Below, piece after piece: positions 27,350-41,495 of a stretch of 64,000 nt of DNA. Source of the DNA: Centroscyllium fabricii (Eukaryota); the NCBI GenBank assembly GCA_051313645.2, contig JBNRSN020000008.1, positions 90,458,001-90,522,000 of the forward strand, read 5' to 3'. Every line of letters begins with the position of its first letter. Within the stretch, counting starts at the first letter, position 1. The notes beneath the pieces are model-generated. The model saw only the letters and a list, made by a program, of their open reading frames with translations, was not told where the DNA came from and did not search any database. A program made the position numbers and the translations under genes.

Positions 27350-28960
27350 TTATTGAACAGCAGGAAGCAGGATTTCAGCATTAATGGGCTGCAACTGTCA
27401 TTTGAAAATCTAGCACAAGTGACGATTAAAATTCTGCCCTGTGGCAGGTTGGTACTATACCATCAGATGATGGTACTCCCAACACGTCACACTGCCCTTC
27501 CCCCTGGACCACCATAAGGTGGGTAACCACTTGTCAGAGACTGTGCCCCATTAATCTCAGTGATTAATGTCTGAGTGGTTGGTCTGCAAGAGCTTTTTCA
27601 CTTTGTGTGTGTTAAGTTTATGATGTTCGTATATTAAATTGATGCTAAATCCATGAAGATTGCATTTCTGAAGTGCATCCTACCTTAATTTAGGTCTGCT
27701 GTTCCCTATCCAGGACTCCAATATGCCTAAAGAAGAGCCTTAGTAACCCCCTGCATTCAACCACATTACTGCTCTACTGGACACGGGTACAATAATAAAA
27801 ACCCAATCTTCCAGGTTACCATTACTGTGACTCCATTTACTAAACTCCTTACTGTGTTTAATGTCAGTTAAAATAAAACATTATAAAAGGAAATAACTGC
27901 AGTCCTAGTATTGCTCGATAATTCAAAGATTACCTTAATTTCAAAAAGACCACCTCCATATAACATGGGTCAAATCTTAGATAACCCATAGGCAAACATA
28001 CATCTGTCCCTTAGGATTTCATATCAGAACATACCACAATCCACATACCACAGTGCATATAAACACTTCTCCTTACCACAACGTACAAGGATGTAGGGTG
28101 AAATGTAGGCACATATAGCCGTTTTTTTAATAGAGGATATACACATTCATTGAAACAAAAGTCTTTATTTAATCTTCTACATAGACCATGCTCCCACGAG
28201 GTTTGACACTATTATTAGCTTTCATGATTGTCTCACCCTCCCACCATGGATATGTCCACATCTGCTAGCGGCATGGAATTGACTTGTCTGACCTGTAACA
28301 GAATGGCCCACTGGTTTGAAACCTTTCAGTAATATTTGGATTTTGAGTTTTAGATGATCAACATGTTAAGGGAATGCCTCCAGAACAGCACCATCCTTTA
28401 GATAAGAACACCACTTCTACATGAATGCATTTCTGGCCAGCTAGCATTGGTACTCTGTGTAACAGTCAACAGCATGTTTTCTACTTCTACTTTTAAAGGC
28501 TTGGTAAGAATCTTGATCTGTGGTGAAAATTTTCCACAATGTTCAAGAACTGTGCCAGAAAACACTTGCATGGACCACTTAAAAAGTTTTCATGTGCTTT
28601 AGTAAAAGTAGTGTTTCTAATCTCTTAAAATACATTGTCACCCTAGCACAAAACATGTATATTAGCCAGTACTTTACAAGTTTCTAAAGTAATGAAACAA
28701 TTCCTAAATGAATCAAGAGGGTGCACTGAGCCAGCTGCTGATATAAATCATTTTCCCCATCCTACAAAAAAAAGTCAGGAGAAAAAAGCCTAGACATCTC
28801 TATGGGTCCAGAGGCATGCAACACTGAGAAGTGCAGGGAGTAGTTGGACTACTTGTGTTTACTGATACATACAGGTGATAGACCATCTGATCTAGTAACA
28901 AAACAGTTTTTCTATGTACTACCTCAAATTTCATCTGAAGATGTTACTTGTGATTTAGGG

Positions 28961-29313
28961 CAGCGGTCCCCAACCACCGGGCCGCGGACCGGTACCGGGC
29001 CGTGCATCATTTGGTACCGGGCCGCACAGAAACAATTAATCATTTGACCGCTATATGGCCTTTGCACTTTTCGGGGTTAAATTGGAAATGATCCGAAAAT
29101 AGGCACGAGGGTCAGGCTGCCTGGTGTTTTACAATGTAAAATTTACATGATTGCTGCATGCAGCCAGCGTTACCCGCGCTGTTCATTGGCTACACACATC
29201 AGCAGGGGACCCAATGTCACAAGTGGCTAGCACTACTTAAAGGCAGCCCGGTCCGTGGAAAAATTGTCCTGCATGAAACTGGTCCGTGGTGCAAAAAAGG
29301 TTGGGGACCGCTG
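28961..29313. mobile_element. hAT (Charlie/MER1-like) MITE
   Basis: TIR CAGCGGTCCCCAACC / GGTTGGGGACCGCTG; perfect 8-bp TSD ATTTAGGG. Confidence 0.92.
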
Positions 29314-29330
29314 ATTTAGGGTAAACCTGC

Positions 29331-29790
29331 ATAGAATCATAGAAGATAGGAGTAGGCCATTCAGCCCCTCAAGCCTGCTCCACCATTCAATGAGATCATG
29401 GATGATCATCCAAATTCAGTACCCTGTCCCTGCCTTCTCCCCATATCCCTTGATCCCTTTAGCCTTAAGAAATATATCTAACTCCTTCTTGAATATATTT
29501 AATGAATTGGCCTCAACTGTCTTCTGTGGTAGAGAATTCCACAGGTTCACCACTCTCTGGGTGAAGAAATTCCTCCTCATCTCAGTCCTAAATGGCTTAT
29601 CCCTTATCCTTAGAATGTGACCCCTGATTCTGGACTCCCCGGCCATCGGGAACATCCTTCCTGCATCCAGTCTGTCTAGTCCTATTAGAATTTTATAAGT
29701 TTCACTGAGGTCCCCTCTCATTCTTCTAAACTCCAGCAAGTATAAGCCCAATCTCTCCTCATATGTCATTCCTGCCATCCCAGGTATCAG
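29331..29790 (-). mobile_element. CR1 LINE 3' end
   Basis: ORF 29416-29778 LEFRRMRGDL...FFTQRVVNLWNSLP; ends in a TCTATGAT-type tail. Confidence 0.9.
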
Positions 29791-32139
29791 TCAGGCATCA
29801 TTGGCCTTGAAATTGCGGTCGGAGGTGTAACTCCGGAGTATGCCTCTGACCCGCGAAACAATTCCGAAAGTACCTCCTGGCGTCCAGGATGCAAAGAGCT
29901 GCGGTCTCGGGCCTCCAGGCAGACAGCAGCGTAAAGGCCCACGGATCCCAGAGACATAGGCGGTTCGGCAGCATCCCTGGGATCATGAGTGCCCGGTTCC
30001 CCAATGACAAAGGAGGATTCCATTGCAATCATTTACGAAGGGAATCCCCTAATGATATACATCTTTGGAGGAGCTATCTAATTAGTCCCACTCCCCTGCT
30101 CTTTCCTCATAGCTCTGCAAGTATTTATCCAGATAATGGTTTGTCTACGTAAGAGACAATCAATGAATCGATTGTCTCCATTCATAGATATCAATAGTTT
30201 TTCCAAAAGGCTAAAGCTCTCATGGTACATATCATGGAATCAACATTAAATTTTAAAATATTTTAGAGTCATACAGTAATGAATATCCCGACAGACTACT
30301 GTAATTCATTGAGAGAAATGGGAAGAGGTAGGTAGACCAAAATTTTATGTATTTTCAATGCTAAATGGGCTTCAGGGCTAAATGCGGTGTGAAATTATTA
30401 ATCGTTAACGTGTACACCTATCATGAACTACCTTGGAAAAGTTTAATCTTGATTTTTTCCTTTTGCAGGTGTTTATTCAAACACTATGGTTATGTTGTAC
30501 TTCAGATGTTAAATTAGGCCTTGAATTGTCCAACATAATTTCCAAATAGTTTATTATTGAGCTCATTTATTCAAAATGGATCTCTACTGGTGTAGAAAGA
30601 GGACCAAATCAAATTCACAACTATACAACCTAGCAGGTGACTCAAGAGAGCATTCTTCCAAGTTGGAATCACCCATTAACCCTGTAACTGGATTAAACAG
30701 TTGCCAATTAGTATGCTCTGCCCCTCCAATTGGTGAAATCACCATCTGATGCCATGTGTATGTCAATGCTGTGTTCAGAAAAATGGGGGGGGGGGGCAAT
30801 ACAATCACACATTTAAGGCAAGTTGTAGTGTTCACCACGCTGCTCAGAAGGAATTACTGGTATCTACTTAGCAAATGGCCAAGCCCTTGATCATTAGTTG
30901 TCTAATGACTATCCTCCTGGGTAGAATGTATTCTTGGGGATAGAAATGTAAGCGAGTGCTCTTTGGGGTTGAATTGGCAGACCCAATAATCTAACATTTG
31001 AGCAGGGCATTTTCCCATTACTCCAGATGGCTGCTCATAGGTCTGTGCCTCCTGGCTCTGCCAGTCACTGAGGGGCTGGAATTCTACGCACTCACCTCCA
31101 GATAACCTAATAAACCAATGCTGTAACTGGCAGGGTGGTCCTAAATGTACAAGCAAATGGATGATGAATGGTTTCACTTACTTCCTCTTGCTTCATCAAT
31201 TTATTACATCTCCCTTTATTAAGAATGTTATTGTTTAGAAGTTTTAGCATACTGTATTAATGTAACAATGATTGAACTATTAAGGCTGGAACAGTGCAGA
31301 ACTACTTTTTCTTGGCCACACTTGCTGACACTGTTAATGATGCCTTTTACTAAGGCACCACCCCTCTCCCTTTCAAAACTACTCTCCATCATTCTGTTCC
31401 CTCCAATTTTAATGGAAATGGAGCTGCCCATTTTTAACCTCCCTTTCCTCGGCAAGGTTCTCAAACCTGTTGTCGTCTCCCAGCTCAGTGCCAATCTCCT
31501 CCGAAACTCGCTGTTAAAATCCCTTCATTCTGACATCTACCATGATTATAACATTCACAATGCCCTGGCCAAGGTCACAAAGATATTCTCTGTGACTGTG
31601 TTGCATTATCCATAAAAATCCACATCCAAAAGCTGGTAACTGCATTGCACCATTTTAATTCAGAACTCTGGGTGAAGCTAGCCCTAACTTTGCCCCTTGT
31701 AAACGCTCCATATACGTGGTTCTTGCCAACTTGCACCTGTTCTCTTGGCTTAACTTAAAGGTGTGCATTCCTATGTTGGAGAAAGCATGTTCCATAGTAT
31801 ACAAATGGAAAGCCTACTTATCTGAATGTTTTAGTCATTTGATTTGGAGACTCTTAAGCATGTTTACAGGTTTCCATGTGCCAGGTACCTAGCCAACTAA
31901 TTTTTAAAAATCCTGTACCTGGATTATTCTAGCTTTTTAAAAACTGAGAAACCAAGGTGATGTGTCAAGCCCATAATGCAGGATTCAATAGAGATGATGA
32001 AGTACATTAAGAATTGATGATTAGGTGATGTCAGCTGTGTCAGGTTGCACCGATACTTTCACTCTTGCTCCAGATGACGTGGACATCTTGGCCACAGATT
32101 TGGATCTGTTCAATTCTGAGTGCCTCAATTGACTCTATA

Positions 32140-33925
32140 AATTCTATAGACTCTGGAACAGTTCCCATGGATTGAAGGGCAGCTAATGTTACCCCACTAT
32201 TCAGAAAAGATGGTAGAGAGAAAATGGGGAATTAAGCCTGACATCGGTAGTGGGGAAAATGTTACAGTACATTATAAAAGATGTACTAGCAGAGCACTTG
32301 GAAAACAGTGACATGATCGGACAAAGTCAACATGGATTTACAAAAGGTAAATCGGGCTTGACTAATCTACTGGAATGTTTTGAGAATGCAACTGGTAAAA
32401 TAGATATGGGAGAACCAGTGGATGTGGTGTATTTAGAATTTCAGAAGGCTTTCAATAAGGTCCCGCATAAGAGATTAGCGTGTAAAATTAAGGCACATGG
32501 GATTAGGGGCAAGGTACTGACCTGGATAGAGAACTGGTTGGCAGACAGAAAGCAAAGAGTTGGAATAAACAGGTATTTTTCCGAGGGTAGGCAGTGACTA
32601 GTGGGTTACCGCAGGGATCGGTCCTTGGACCCCAGCTATTCACAATATATATATTAATGATCTGGACGAGGGAACTAGATGTAATATCTCCAAGTTTGCA
32701 AACGACACAAAGCTGGGTGGGCGTGTGTGCTGTGAGGAGGATGCGGAGAAACTCCAGTATGATTTGGACAGGTTGGGTGATTGGGCAGATGCATGGCAAA
32801 TGCAGTATAATGTGGATAAATGTGAGGTTATCCACTTTGGTGGCAAAAACAGGAAGGCAGATTATTATCTGAACGGCAATAGATTGAGAGAAGGGGACGT
32901 GCAACGAGACCTGGGTGTCCTTGTGCACCAGTCTCTGAAGGTAAGCAGGTGGTTAAGGCGGCAAATGGTATGTTGGCCTTCGCAGCGAGAGGGTTCGAGT
33001 ACAGGAACAAGGATGTCTTGCTACACTTGTACAGAGCCTTGGTGAGACCACACCTCGAGTATTGTGTGCAGTTTTGGTCGCCTTATCTGAGGAAGGATGT
33101 TCTTGCCATGGAGGGAATGCAGCGAAGATTCACCAGATTGATACCTGGGATGGCAGGCATAACATATGAGGAGAGATTGGGTCGATTGGGTTTGTACTAG
33201 CTGGAGTTTAGAAGAATGAGGGGATCTCAGTGAAACTTATAAAATTCTAACAGGACGGAATGGTGGCATAGTGGTTAGCACTGTTGCCTCACAGCGCCAG
33301 GGGCCCGGGTTCAAATCCGGCATCAGGTAACTGTCTGTGTGGAGTTTGCACATTCTCCCCATGTCTGCGTGGGTTTCCTCCGGGTGCTCCGGTTTCCTCC
33401 CACAGCCCAAAGATGTGTGGGTTAGGTTGATTGGCCATGATAAATTGACACTTAGTGTTTAGGGGATTAGGGAGATTAAATATGTGGGGTTACGGGGATA
33501 GGGTGGGATTTGTGTCGGTGCAGGCTCGATGGGCCGAAATGGCCTCTATCTGCACTGTAGGGATTCTATGATTCTATGACTAGACAGACTAGATGCAGGG
33601 AGGATGTTCCTGATGGCTGGCGAGTCCAGAACCAGGGGTCACAGTTTAAGGATAAGGGGTAAGCCATTTAGGACAGTGATGAGGAGGAATTTCTTCATCC
33701 AGAGAGTGGTGAATCTGTGGAATTCTCTACCACAGAAGGCAGTAGAGGCCAATTCATCAAATATATTCAAGAAGGAGTTAGATATATTTCTTAAGGCTAA
33801 AGCGATATGGGGAGAAGGCAGGGACAGGGTACTGAATTTGGATGATCAGCCATGATCTCATTGAATGGCGGAGCAGGCTCGAGGGGCCGAATGGCCTACT
33901 CCTGCTCCTATCTTCTGTTTCTATA
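32140..33925 (+). mobile_element. CR1 LINE RT to 3' fragment, with a nested SINE
   Basis: SQHGFTKGKS, PQGSVLGPQLF, RPHLEYCVQFWSP and QRVVNLWNSLP in shifting frames. Confidence 0.92.
33255..33578 (+). mobile_element. HE1/V-SINE-like tRNA-derived SINE
   Basis: A box TGGCATAGTGG, B box GGTTCAAATCC, V-core GTGGAGTTTGCACATTCTCCCCATGTCTGCGTGGGTTTCCTCCGGGTGCTCCGGTTTCCTCCCACA, ATTCTATG tail. Confidence 0.9.
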
Positions 33926-34731
33926 GCTCCCAAAGAGCCTCTCTCTGACCTAGAATACTTGCATTTTTGTGATAAGGGCAGGATGGTTGGGGATCCTTTG
34001 GCTGTTTTGGGTTTAATCAGTACACCCATGGTGATCTAGGCTCAAAACCGCCTCTTTAAAAGATTACTTTTAGTTTTTCAATTATTCTTCACCTTCCTCT
34101 AAAGAAACAACTATGACAATTTCAGGTCTTAACACCAAACCTTGTGGGGAGGATAGGGAATAACCAGAAACTGACTTCAAAGTATGCAGATAATTCACAC
34201 CACAATATGCGGCACAACAAAAATAAATTAAAAGAAACAGAATTATAGATTAAAGGAAACCGTTACTGAGAAAAGAATGCAAGTCAATGTACAAGTGAGA
34301 AACATGGGAACTTTTACCATATAGTAGTGCAATTGTAGTCTTGAAACAGTGGTAGCTAACAAGAAAAAATAAACTTGCCTTTCAGGGATGGATTCAAAAG
34401 GGAACTGGATAAATGCTTGAAGAGAAAAATTACAAGGCTATGGGGAAAGAGCAGGGGAATGGGACTACTTGGATAGCTCTAGCAAACAACCGGCACAGGC
34501 ACGATGGGCTGAACAGCCTCCTTCCGTGCTAGATCATTTTATGATTCTATACAATTTATGTTGTACATGAAAACATCTTAAAATTGTAGTGTTGTTGAGA
34601 TTTTTTGTCCACAGTGTATGACTGGGCTGCTTCACTGATACTACATTCGCTATTAACTGTTGTTCCTCAGAGCTGGTCAGAACAATGATAATATATAAAG
34701 TCTGCCGACCTTCTATGACAACTATTATACA

Positions 34732-34935
34732 TGATGTGGAGGTGCCGGTGTTGGACTGGGGTGGACAAATGCAAGAAGTCACACAACACCAGGTTATAGT
34801 CCAACAGTTTTATTTTAAATCCGAAGCTTTCGGAGCTTCTGCCCCTTCGTCACCTGACGAAGGGGCAGAAGCTCCGAAAGCTTCGGATTTAAAATAAAAC
34901 TGTTGGACTATAACCTGGTGTTGTGTGACTTCTTG
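34732..34935. mobile_element. Fold-back Penelope-like terminus (same family as 6676)
   Basis: Perfect ~83-bp arms (34770-34852 and 34855-34937) with a 2-nt loop; TSD CAACTATTATACA at 34719-34731 and 34936-34948. Confidence 0.87.
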
Positions 34936-35113
34936 CAACTATTATACAGGTAGTTGTATTATATTATGAAGCAGCTGCTCTATAATGACAAACTTAGATA
35001 GTTTAAGAAAATGTGAAGTGTGCTTAAGGGTAATCCAGTTAATTTTTTGACAATCTAAGATACGACACATTAAATGCACCATGACACAGAAATAGTAAAA
35101 CAACTGTAAATCA

Positions 35114-35230
<117 letters not shown>

Positions 35231-35275
35231 CTAAAAAAAAGTACAAAAATCATAACTGAACAATAGAAATGGTCA

Positions 35276-35370
35276 ATAACAACAGAAAACGCTGGAAAAA
35301 CTCAGCAGGCCAGGCAGCATCGGTGGAGAGAGAAACAGAGTTAACGTTTCAGGTCGATGACCTTCCTCAG
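35276..35370 (-). mobile_element. Short Penelope-like 3' end starting at the hammerhead core
   Basis: Minus strand CTGAGGAAGGTCATCGACCTGAAACGTTAAC...; TSD AGAAATGGTCA at 35265-35275 and 35369-35379. Confidence 0.8.
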
Positions 35371-37467
35371 AAATGGTCACATCTACATGACTGAGCTAAC
35401 CTGCATAATCTGGTTGTTTCAACTTATTTGCTGAAAATAAAATTGACAGAAGGTGTACTTGGCAACAATTTGCTGTACAAACACATTTTATAAGCACACA
35501 CAATTTGTGTTTCTCACATCAAATTTACAATATCACAGTCAATTATGACCAAATTTGAAAATAATCCTCAAAGTGGAATTCATTCATAAACTCATTTGAA
35601 AGAAAAATTCAATCACCTCTAATGTACTTTTTAGAATAATCTGGTCTGCAAGGGTTTCCCTGAAAAATACATCATTCTGTTGATTTTTATTTTAGGTTAA
35701 ACTCCACCTCACCATCCCCACCCCCTCACCCCTCCACTCCAACCCCCCACCAAATACTCGTAACTCCTCTGAATCAGTGTTAGATGTTGATTGAGTCAAA
35801 TTTTTGGACAAGTTGGTCACTAATTTTACTTTGTCACTGGAAGTATTCAGCTTGCTTCAGCTTTGTGCCTCCTCACAACAATGTGGCCAAGATGAGAAGC
35901 TCAGTGAAGGGGGGGATCAAATCTACTTTACCACAATATGCTCCAATAAAAGGTCATAAAAAACCTCCTCTCAGCAGCTAGTAGCAGAAACACCTGAGAA
36001 AATTGCCCAGTCACCTCATAAGGCTTTTTAAAATGTTTTGAGAGCACAGAGTTCCACTGTAAAATTTGTGCAGCCTACAAAAAAACCAATGAGGGAAGAA
36101 ACCTGCTGCTGAAGGGGTTGAGAAAAAGAGAAGCAATATTCTCATACAACTGGTTTTTATTGAATTAAAATTATTAATTCAAAAATCTAATGTATTACAT
36201 TTTATTTTTGTAACTGGGATCTATGATTCACATGCATGCCTTTGTTTACAAATAACATGGTACAGCTGTCTACATCTATCTTGCAACCCGAGTTGCATCA
36301 ATCACAGAACCAGGAACTAGGTCAAAATATTGACATTGACAGCACTAGCAAGCCATCTGTAAATAACGATGTGTATTTCTTTTTAAAAAAAAAGTAAATT
36401 AATTAACTTTAGGATATTCTTTAAAAAGGTATACTCCATATACCAAAAATAACTTGGCTAATCTACCTGTGCAAAATCACTGCTTTCTTTGATATTTTTG
36501 ATCAGAATGACAATAATTCCCTCCTGTACTAATCTAAGAACCTCCTCCTGACTTCTTCCCTGTTTAAAAAGGCCAAACTTAAATTTATTGCAGAACACAT
36601 GCAACATCAAGTTCACCAATTGGACCAAAAAACCTAATTTCTTTTAAGAAGGATAAATGTCTTCAGCGGTATAGCTGTTTTTGAATTAAACATAGATGTT
36701 CCTCCTTTATAAAATGACTTTTCTACTCAGCTGACGCACTAAAAAACAATTCAGTTCATTAAAGAATTAACAAATTATAGTCCAGGGGTATGAAGGCTTG
36801 TATACCTTAAATTTATCAATGATCAATGTTACGCATCGAAAAGTTAATTTGTTTTTTTTGAGCCATTAATGCGTGAATTTTTTGGAGACTATTTTTTAAC
36901 GGTTTAATCGTGGCAGTTACAGAGAATACCTAGGTAAGAATTTTAAGTTGATTACTATTTTAATTACAATTAATCATTGCCTTGACACAATCTACCTTTG
37001 AGGCTAATCAAACTAGGAGCCGTCTGGTGCCTTCAGTGCACCTCACAATTCATCACCATAAACTTCTGTGCATGTGCAAACCATATCAATTAAATATCCG
37101 ATTAAAATTAAAATGAATTGAGATTAGAAATTTTAATTGTGAGTTTATTGACACCATTTTTAAAAATATATTATTTTCCATATAATATAGGTTGCCTTTG
37201 CCACAATATGCTTCAGGTAAGTAGGTCCTGCGTTTAAAGTAGGTTCAAGCACAGTTTCGCCAAGTCACATATTACTAAACAAAAAGATTTATAGACCAAC
37301 AGCATGTAAGAATGCGAGGGCTACATCACTGACTGTTTCGTTTAGTAAAAAGTATGACAAGGGCAACTGAAAAATGCCTTCTCAAGAAAACGCACAACAG
37401 TCTCCTAATCAGTGTGGTAGTTATTGATGAGAACCCAGTGTCTAGATTAATAGGTGGTGAAGTGGGG

Positions 37468-40212
37468 AGTCATAGTTTTACAGCACAGAAAGAGGCCCTT
37501 CGGCCCATCGCGTCTATGCCGGCCATCGAGCCCTGCTTATTCTAATCCCATTTTCCTGCATTTGGTCCGTAGCCTTGTATGCTATGGCACTTTAAGTGCT
37601 CACCCAAATGCTTCTTGAATGTTGTGAGGGTTCCTGCCTCCACCATCCTTTCAGGCAGTGAGTTCCAGGTTCCAACCACCCTCTGGGTGAAAAGGTTCTT
37701 CCTAAAATCCCCCCAAAACCTCCCACTCCTTACCTTGAAACTATGTCCCCTTGTTATTGACCCCTCTACCAAGGGAAAAAGTTCCTTCCTATTTACCCTA
37801 TCTATGCCCCTCACAATTTTGTACACCTCAATCAGGTCCCCCCTCAGCCTTCGCTGCTCCAAGGAAAACAACCCCAGCCTGCCCAGTCTCTCTTCATAGC
37901 TGAAGCGCTCCAGCCCAGGTAACATCCTGGTGAATCTCCTCTGCACCCTCTCCAAGGCAATCACATCCTTCCTACAGTGTGGTGACCAGAACTGCACACA
38001 GTACTCCAGCTGTGGCCTCACCAGCATCTTGTACAGCTCCATCATAACCTCCCTGCTCTTATATGCTGTGCCTCGGCTAATGAAGGCAAGTATCCCATAT
38101 GCCTTTTTAACCACCTTATCTACCTGTCCTGCTGCCTTTAGGGATCTATGTACATGCACACCAAGGTCCTTCTGATCCTCTGTCTTTCCTAGGCTCTTAC
38201 CATTCATTGTGTATTCCCTTGCCTTGTTAGTCCTTCCAAAATGCATCACCTCACACTTTTCAGGGTTAAATTCCATTTGCCACTGCTCCACCCATCTGAC
38301 CAACCCATCTATATCGTCCTGCAGTCTGAGGCTTCCCTCCTCGCTATTTACCACCCCACCAATTTTCGTGTCATCAGCGAACTTACTGATCATACCTTTT
38401 ACATTCATATCCAAATCATTAATATAGACGACAAACAGCAAGGGACCCAGCACCGATCCCTGTGGTACCCCGCTGGACACAGGCTTCCAGTCACAAAAAC
38501 AACCTTCGACCATCACCCTCTGCCTTCTGCCACAAAGCCAGTTTTGGATCTACTGTGCCAAGGTACCCTGGATCCCATGGGCTCTTACCTTCTTGACCAG
38601 TCTCCTATGCAGGACTTTATCAAAAGCCTTACTGAAATCCAAGTATACCACGTCCACTGCACTACCCTCATCCACATGCCTAGTCACCCCTTCGAAAAAT
38701 TCAATCAAGTTGGTCAGACATGATCTTCCCTTGACAAAGCCATGCTGACTATCCTTGATTAATCCTTGCCTCTCCAAGTGAATACTAATTCTATCCCTCG
38801 GAATTTTTTCCAATAATTTCCCTACCACTGATGTTAGGCTCACTGGCCTGTAATTCCCTGGTTTATCTCTACCACCCTTCTTGAATAATGGTACTACGTT
38901 AGCTGTTCTTCAGTCCTCTGGCACATCTCCTGTGGCCAGCGAGATCTGAAAATTAGTGTCAGAGCCCCTGCAATCTCTTCCTTTGCCTCGCACAGCAGCC
39001 TGGGATACATCTTGTCCGGGCCTGGGAATTTATCCACTTTTAAGCCTGCTAAAACCGCTAGTACCTCCTCCCTCTCGATGGTAATATGTTCAAGTATGTC
39101 GAAGTCCCCCTGCCTGATTTCTAAGCCTACGTCGTCCTTCTCCGTAGTGAACAGAGATGTAACAAATTCATTTAAAACTCCTCCTACATCTTCTAGCTCT
39201 ACACACAGATTTCCACTTTGGTCCCTAATGGGCCCTATTCTTTCCCTAGTTATCCTCTTACCCTTAATATACTTATAAAACATCTTAGGATTATCCTTTA
39301 TTTTGCTCGCCAGTGTTATTTCATGGCCCCTCCTCGCTCTCCTAATTTCTTTTTTAAGTACCCCCTGCACTTTTTATACTCATCTAGGGCTTCCTCTGTC
39401 TTTAGCGCTTTGTATCTGCCGAAGTTTTTCCTAATCCATTCGCATATATCCCTTGACATCCAAGGTTCCCTGGGCTTTTTGGTCCCTCCCTTGACCTTTA
39501 CGGGGACATGTTTCCCTTGTACTCTCTCCATTATCTTTCTGAAAGACTCCCACTACTCTGATGTGGGTTTTCCTTCAAGTAGCTGATCCCAGTCCACTTT
39601 GGCCAGATCCTGCCTTATCATATTAAAATCAGCCTTCCCCCAATTTAGAACCTTTATTTCCGTTCCATCTTTTTCCTTTTCCACGACTACCTTAAATCTC
39701 ACCGAATTATGGTCACTATCGCCAAAGTGCTCTCCTACTAACACTTCTATCACTTGCTCTGCCACATTCCCTAGAATCCCGTCCAGTACCGCCCCCCTCT
39801 CTTGTGGGATTCTCTACATACTGGCTCAAAAAGCTCTCCTGGATGCACTTTATGAATTCTGCACCCTCCAAGCCTTTCACACTCTGACTATCCCAGTCAA
39901 TATTGGAGAAGCTGAAATCCCCTAATATTACTACCCTATTATTTCCACATTTCTCTGAGATGTGCCTACATATCTGTTCCTCTATCTCCCCCTGACTGTT
40001 TGGGGGCCTATAGTGCACTCCCAGCAAAGTGCTTGCCCCCTTTTTGTTTTTAAGCTCTACCCATATGGCCTCATCAGAGGAACCTGTTAATATATCATCC
40101 CTCCTTACAGCAGCAAAGGATGCCTTAATTAATATTGTGACACCCCCTCCTCTTTTACCCCCCCCCCCCCCCGCCTCTGTCTCGCCTGAATATTCTATAC
40201 CCGGAATATTGA
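37468..40212 (-). mobile_element. Relatively young 5'-truncated CR1 LINE
   Basis: APE remnant (GVHYRPP, GDSDHN); RT ORF 37542-38516 with PQGSVLGPLLF and KFADDTK. Confidence 0.95.
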
Positions 40213-40490
40213 GGAGGGAGGAAGAAAGATAAAATGTTTAATTCTTCCTAAACAGTAAGGAAGATTTCATGTTCTTGATGTTAACACAGTGCAATAACGG
40301 TTTCTTGTTTGACTGGAGAGAAAAACAAAAGCAAAATATCACAACTTTGAGCTAAACAGAACACCATTCAAAAGCATCTTGGGGCTCAGGACAAAGAGTC
40401 ACCCAATTTTCATGCCAAAGAACAAAAAAAGCTTCAATCACTAAGGTCCCTCGCTATTTGATTCTTCTGGATGACACCATAATCATTGTA

Positions 40491-41330
40491 CAGGTTGAAA
40501 TTTGTTAATCCGGCACCCGAAAAACCGGCAGCTTCAATCGTTCGGCACAAATCTTCCCGATTGCCCGGCGCAGACAATTCAAAATGGCCGCCGTCAGGGC
40601 TGGGCTTCCCTTTCACCTAACAGATACTCACTGGATCCCGGCTTAGTGACCACCCCGATGCCGATGGTGAATCGCAGGCCCAGAAGATGAGCTGTTGTGC
40701 CAGCCGCCTTTCGCAGGACGCGATACAGGCAATTATCTGTGTCCATCGCTGCCGGAGGCTCCTGCCTGGCTGCGTGCTGACGTCACCGCCTTCTGAAGCT
40801 GGCGTGCGGTGAAGTCGCGTGAGCCGAGCTTGATCCGCGCATTGGGCCTCAGGCCCGCTGGAGCCGTGCAGGCTGCTCCCTGATCCGCAGCATAATCGAT
40901 GGCTGTGTGCTGACGTCACTGCTTTCCGAAGCTGGCGTGCGGTGGCGTCACGTGAGCCAGGCTTGAGCCGCGCATTGGGCCTCAGGCCCGCTGGAGCCAT
41001 GCAGGCCGCTCCCTGATCCGCAGCAGAATCGATGGCTGCGTGCTGACGTCACCGCGTTCCGAAGGTGGCGTCACGTGAGCCGGGCTTGAGCTGCGCATTG
41101 GGCCTCAGGCCCGCTGGAGCCGTGCAGCCCGCTCCCTGATCCGCAGCAGAATCGAGTGCGAGTTCCACCAGACCCTTGGGCCGAAAATCAACTTCCAGAG
41201 CATTGAAACTTTCGCAGCGGCCATTTTGAATGGTCTTCGCATGCGTCGCCGTGGCTTCAATATTTCAACGTTTACAACACTCCGGCAGGGTGCTGGTCCT
41301 GACCCTGCTGGATTAACTAACTTCAACCTG
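40491..41330 (+). mobile_element. pogo/Tigger-like MITE, copy 2
   Basis: TA|CAGGTTGAA...TTCAACCTG|TA; subterminal sequence shared with copies 1 and 3; internal ~125-bp tandem repeat x3. Confidence 0.88.
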
Positions 41331-41495
41331 TACAAGCCGAAGGTTTGAGGTCGATAATGGCTCCAAGAGAGTTTAACTGAACTTACACAGCACGATGCTG
41401 AAGTTTCACTGACTTAGAAGCTTGAAAAGTGAAGCTGAAATCTAAAGATAGTTATTCTCATCAACCATATACCCCTAGGCTAAGCTGTTACTAAC

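Noticed and set aside
33255-33330. tRNA-like sequence
   Set aside because: It is a SINE head followed by a SINE core and tail, not a tRNA gene.
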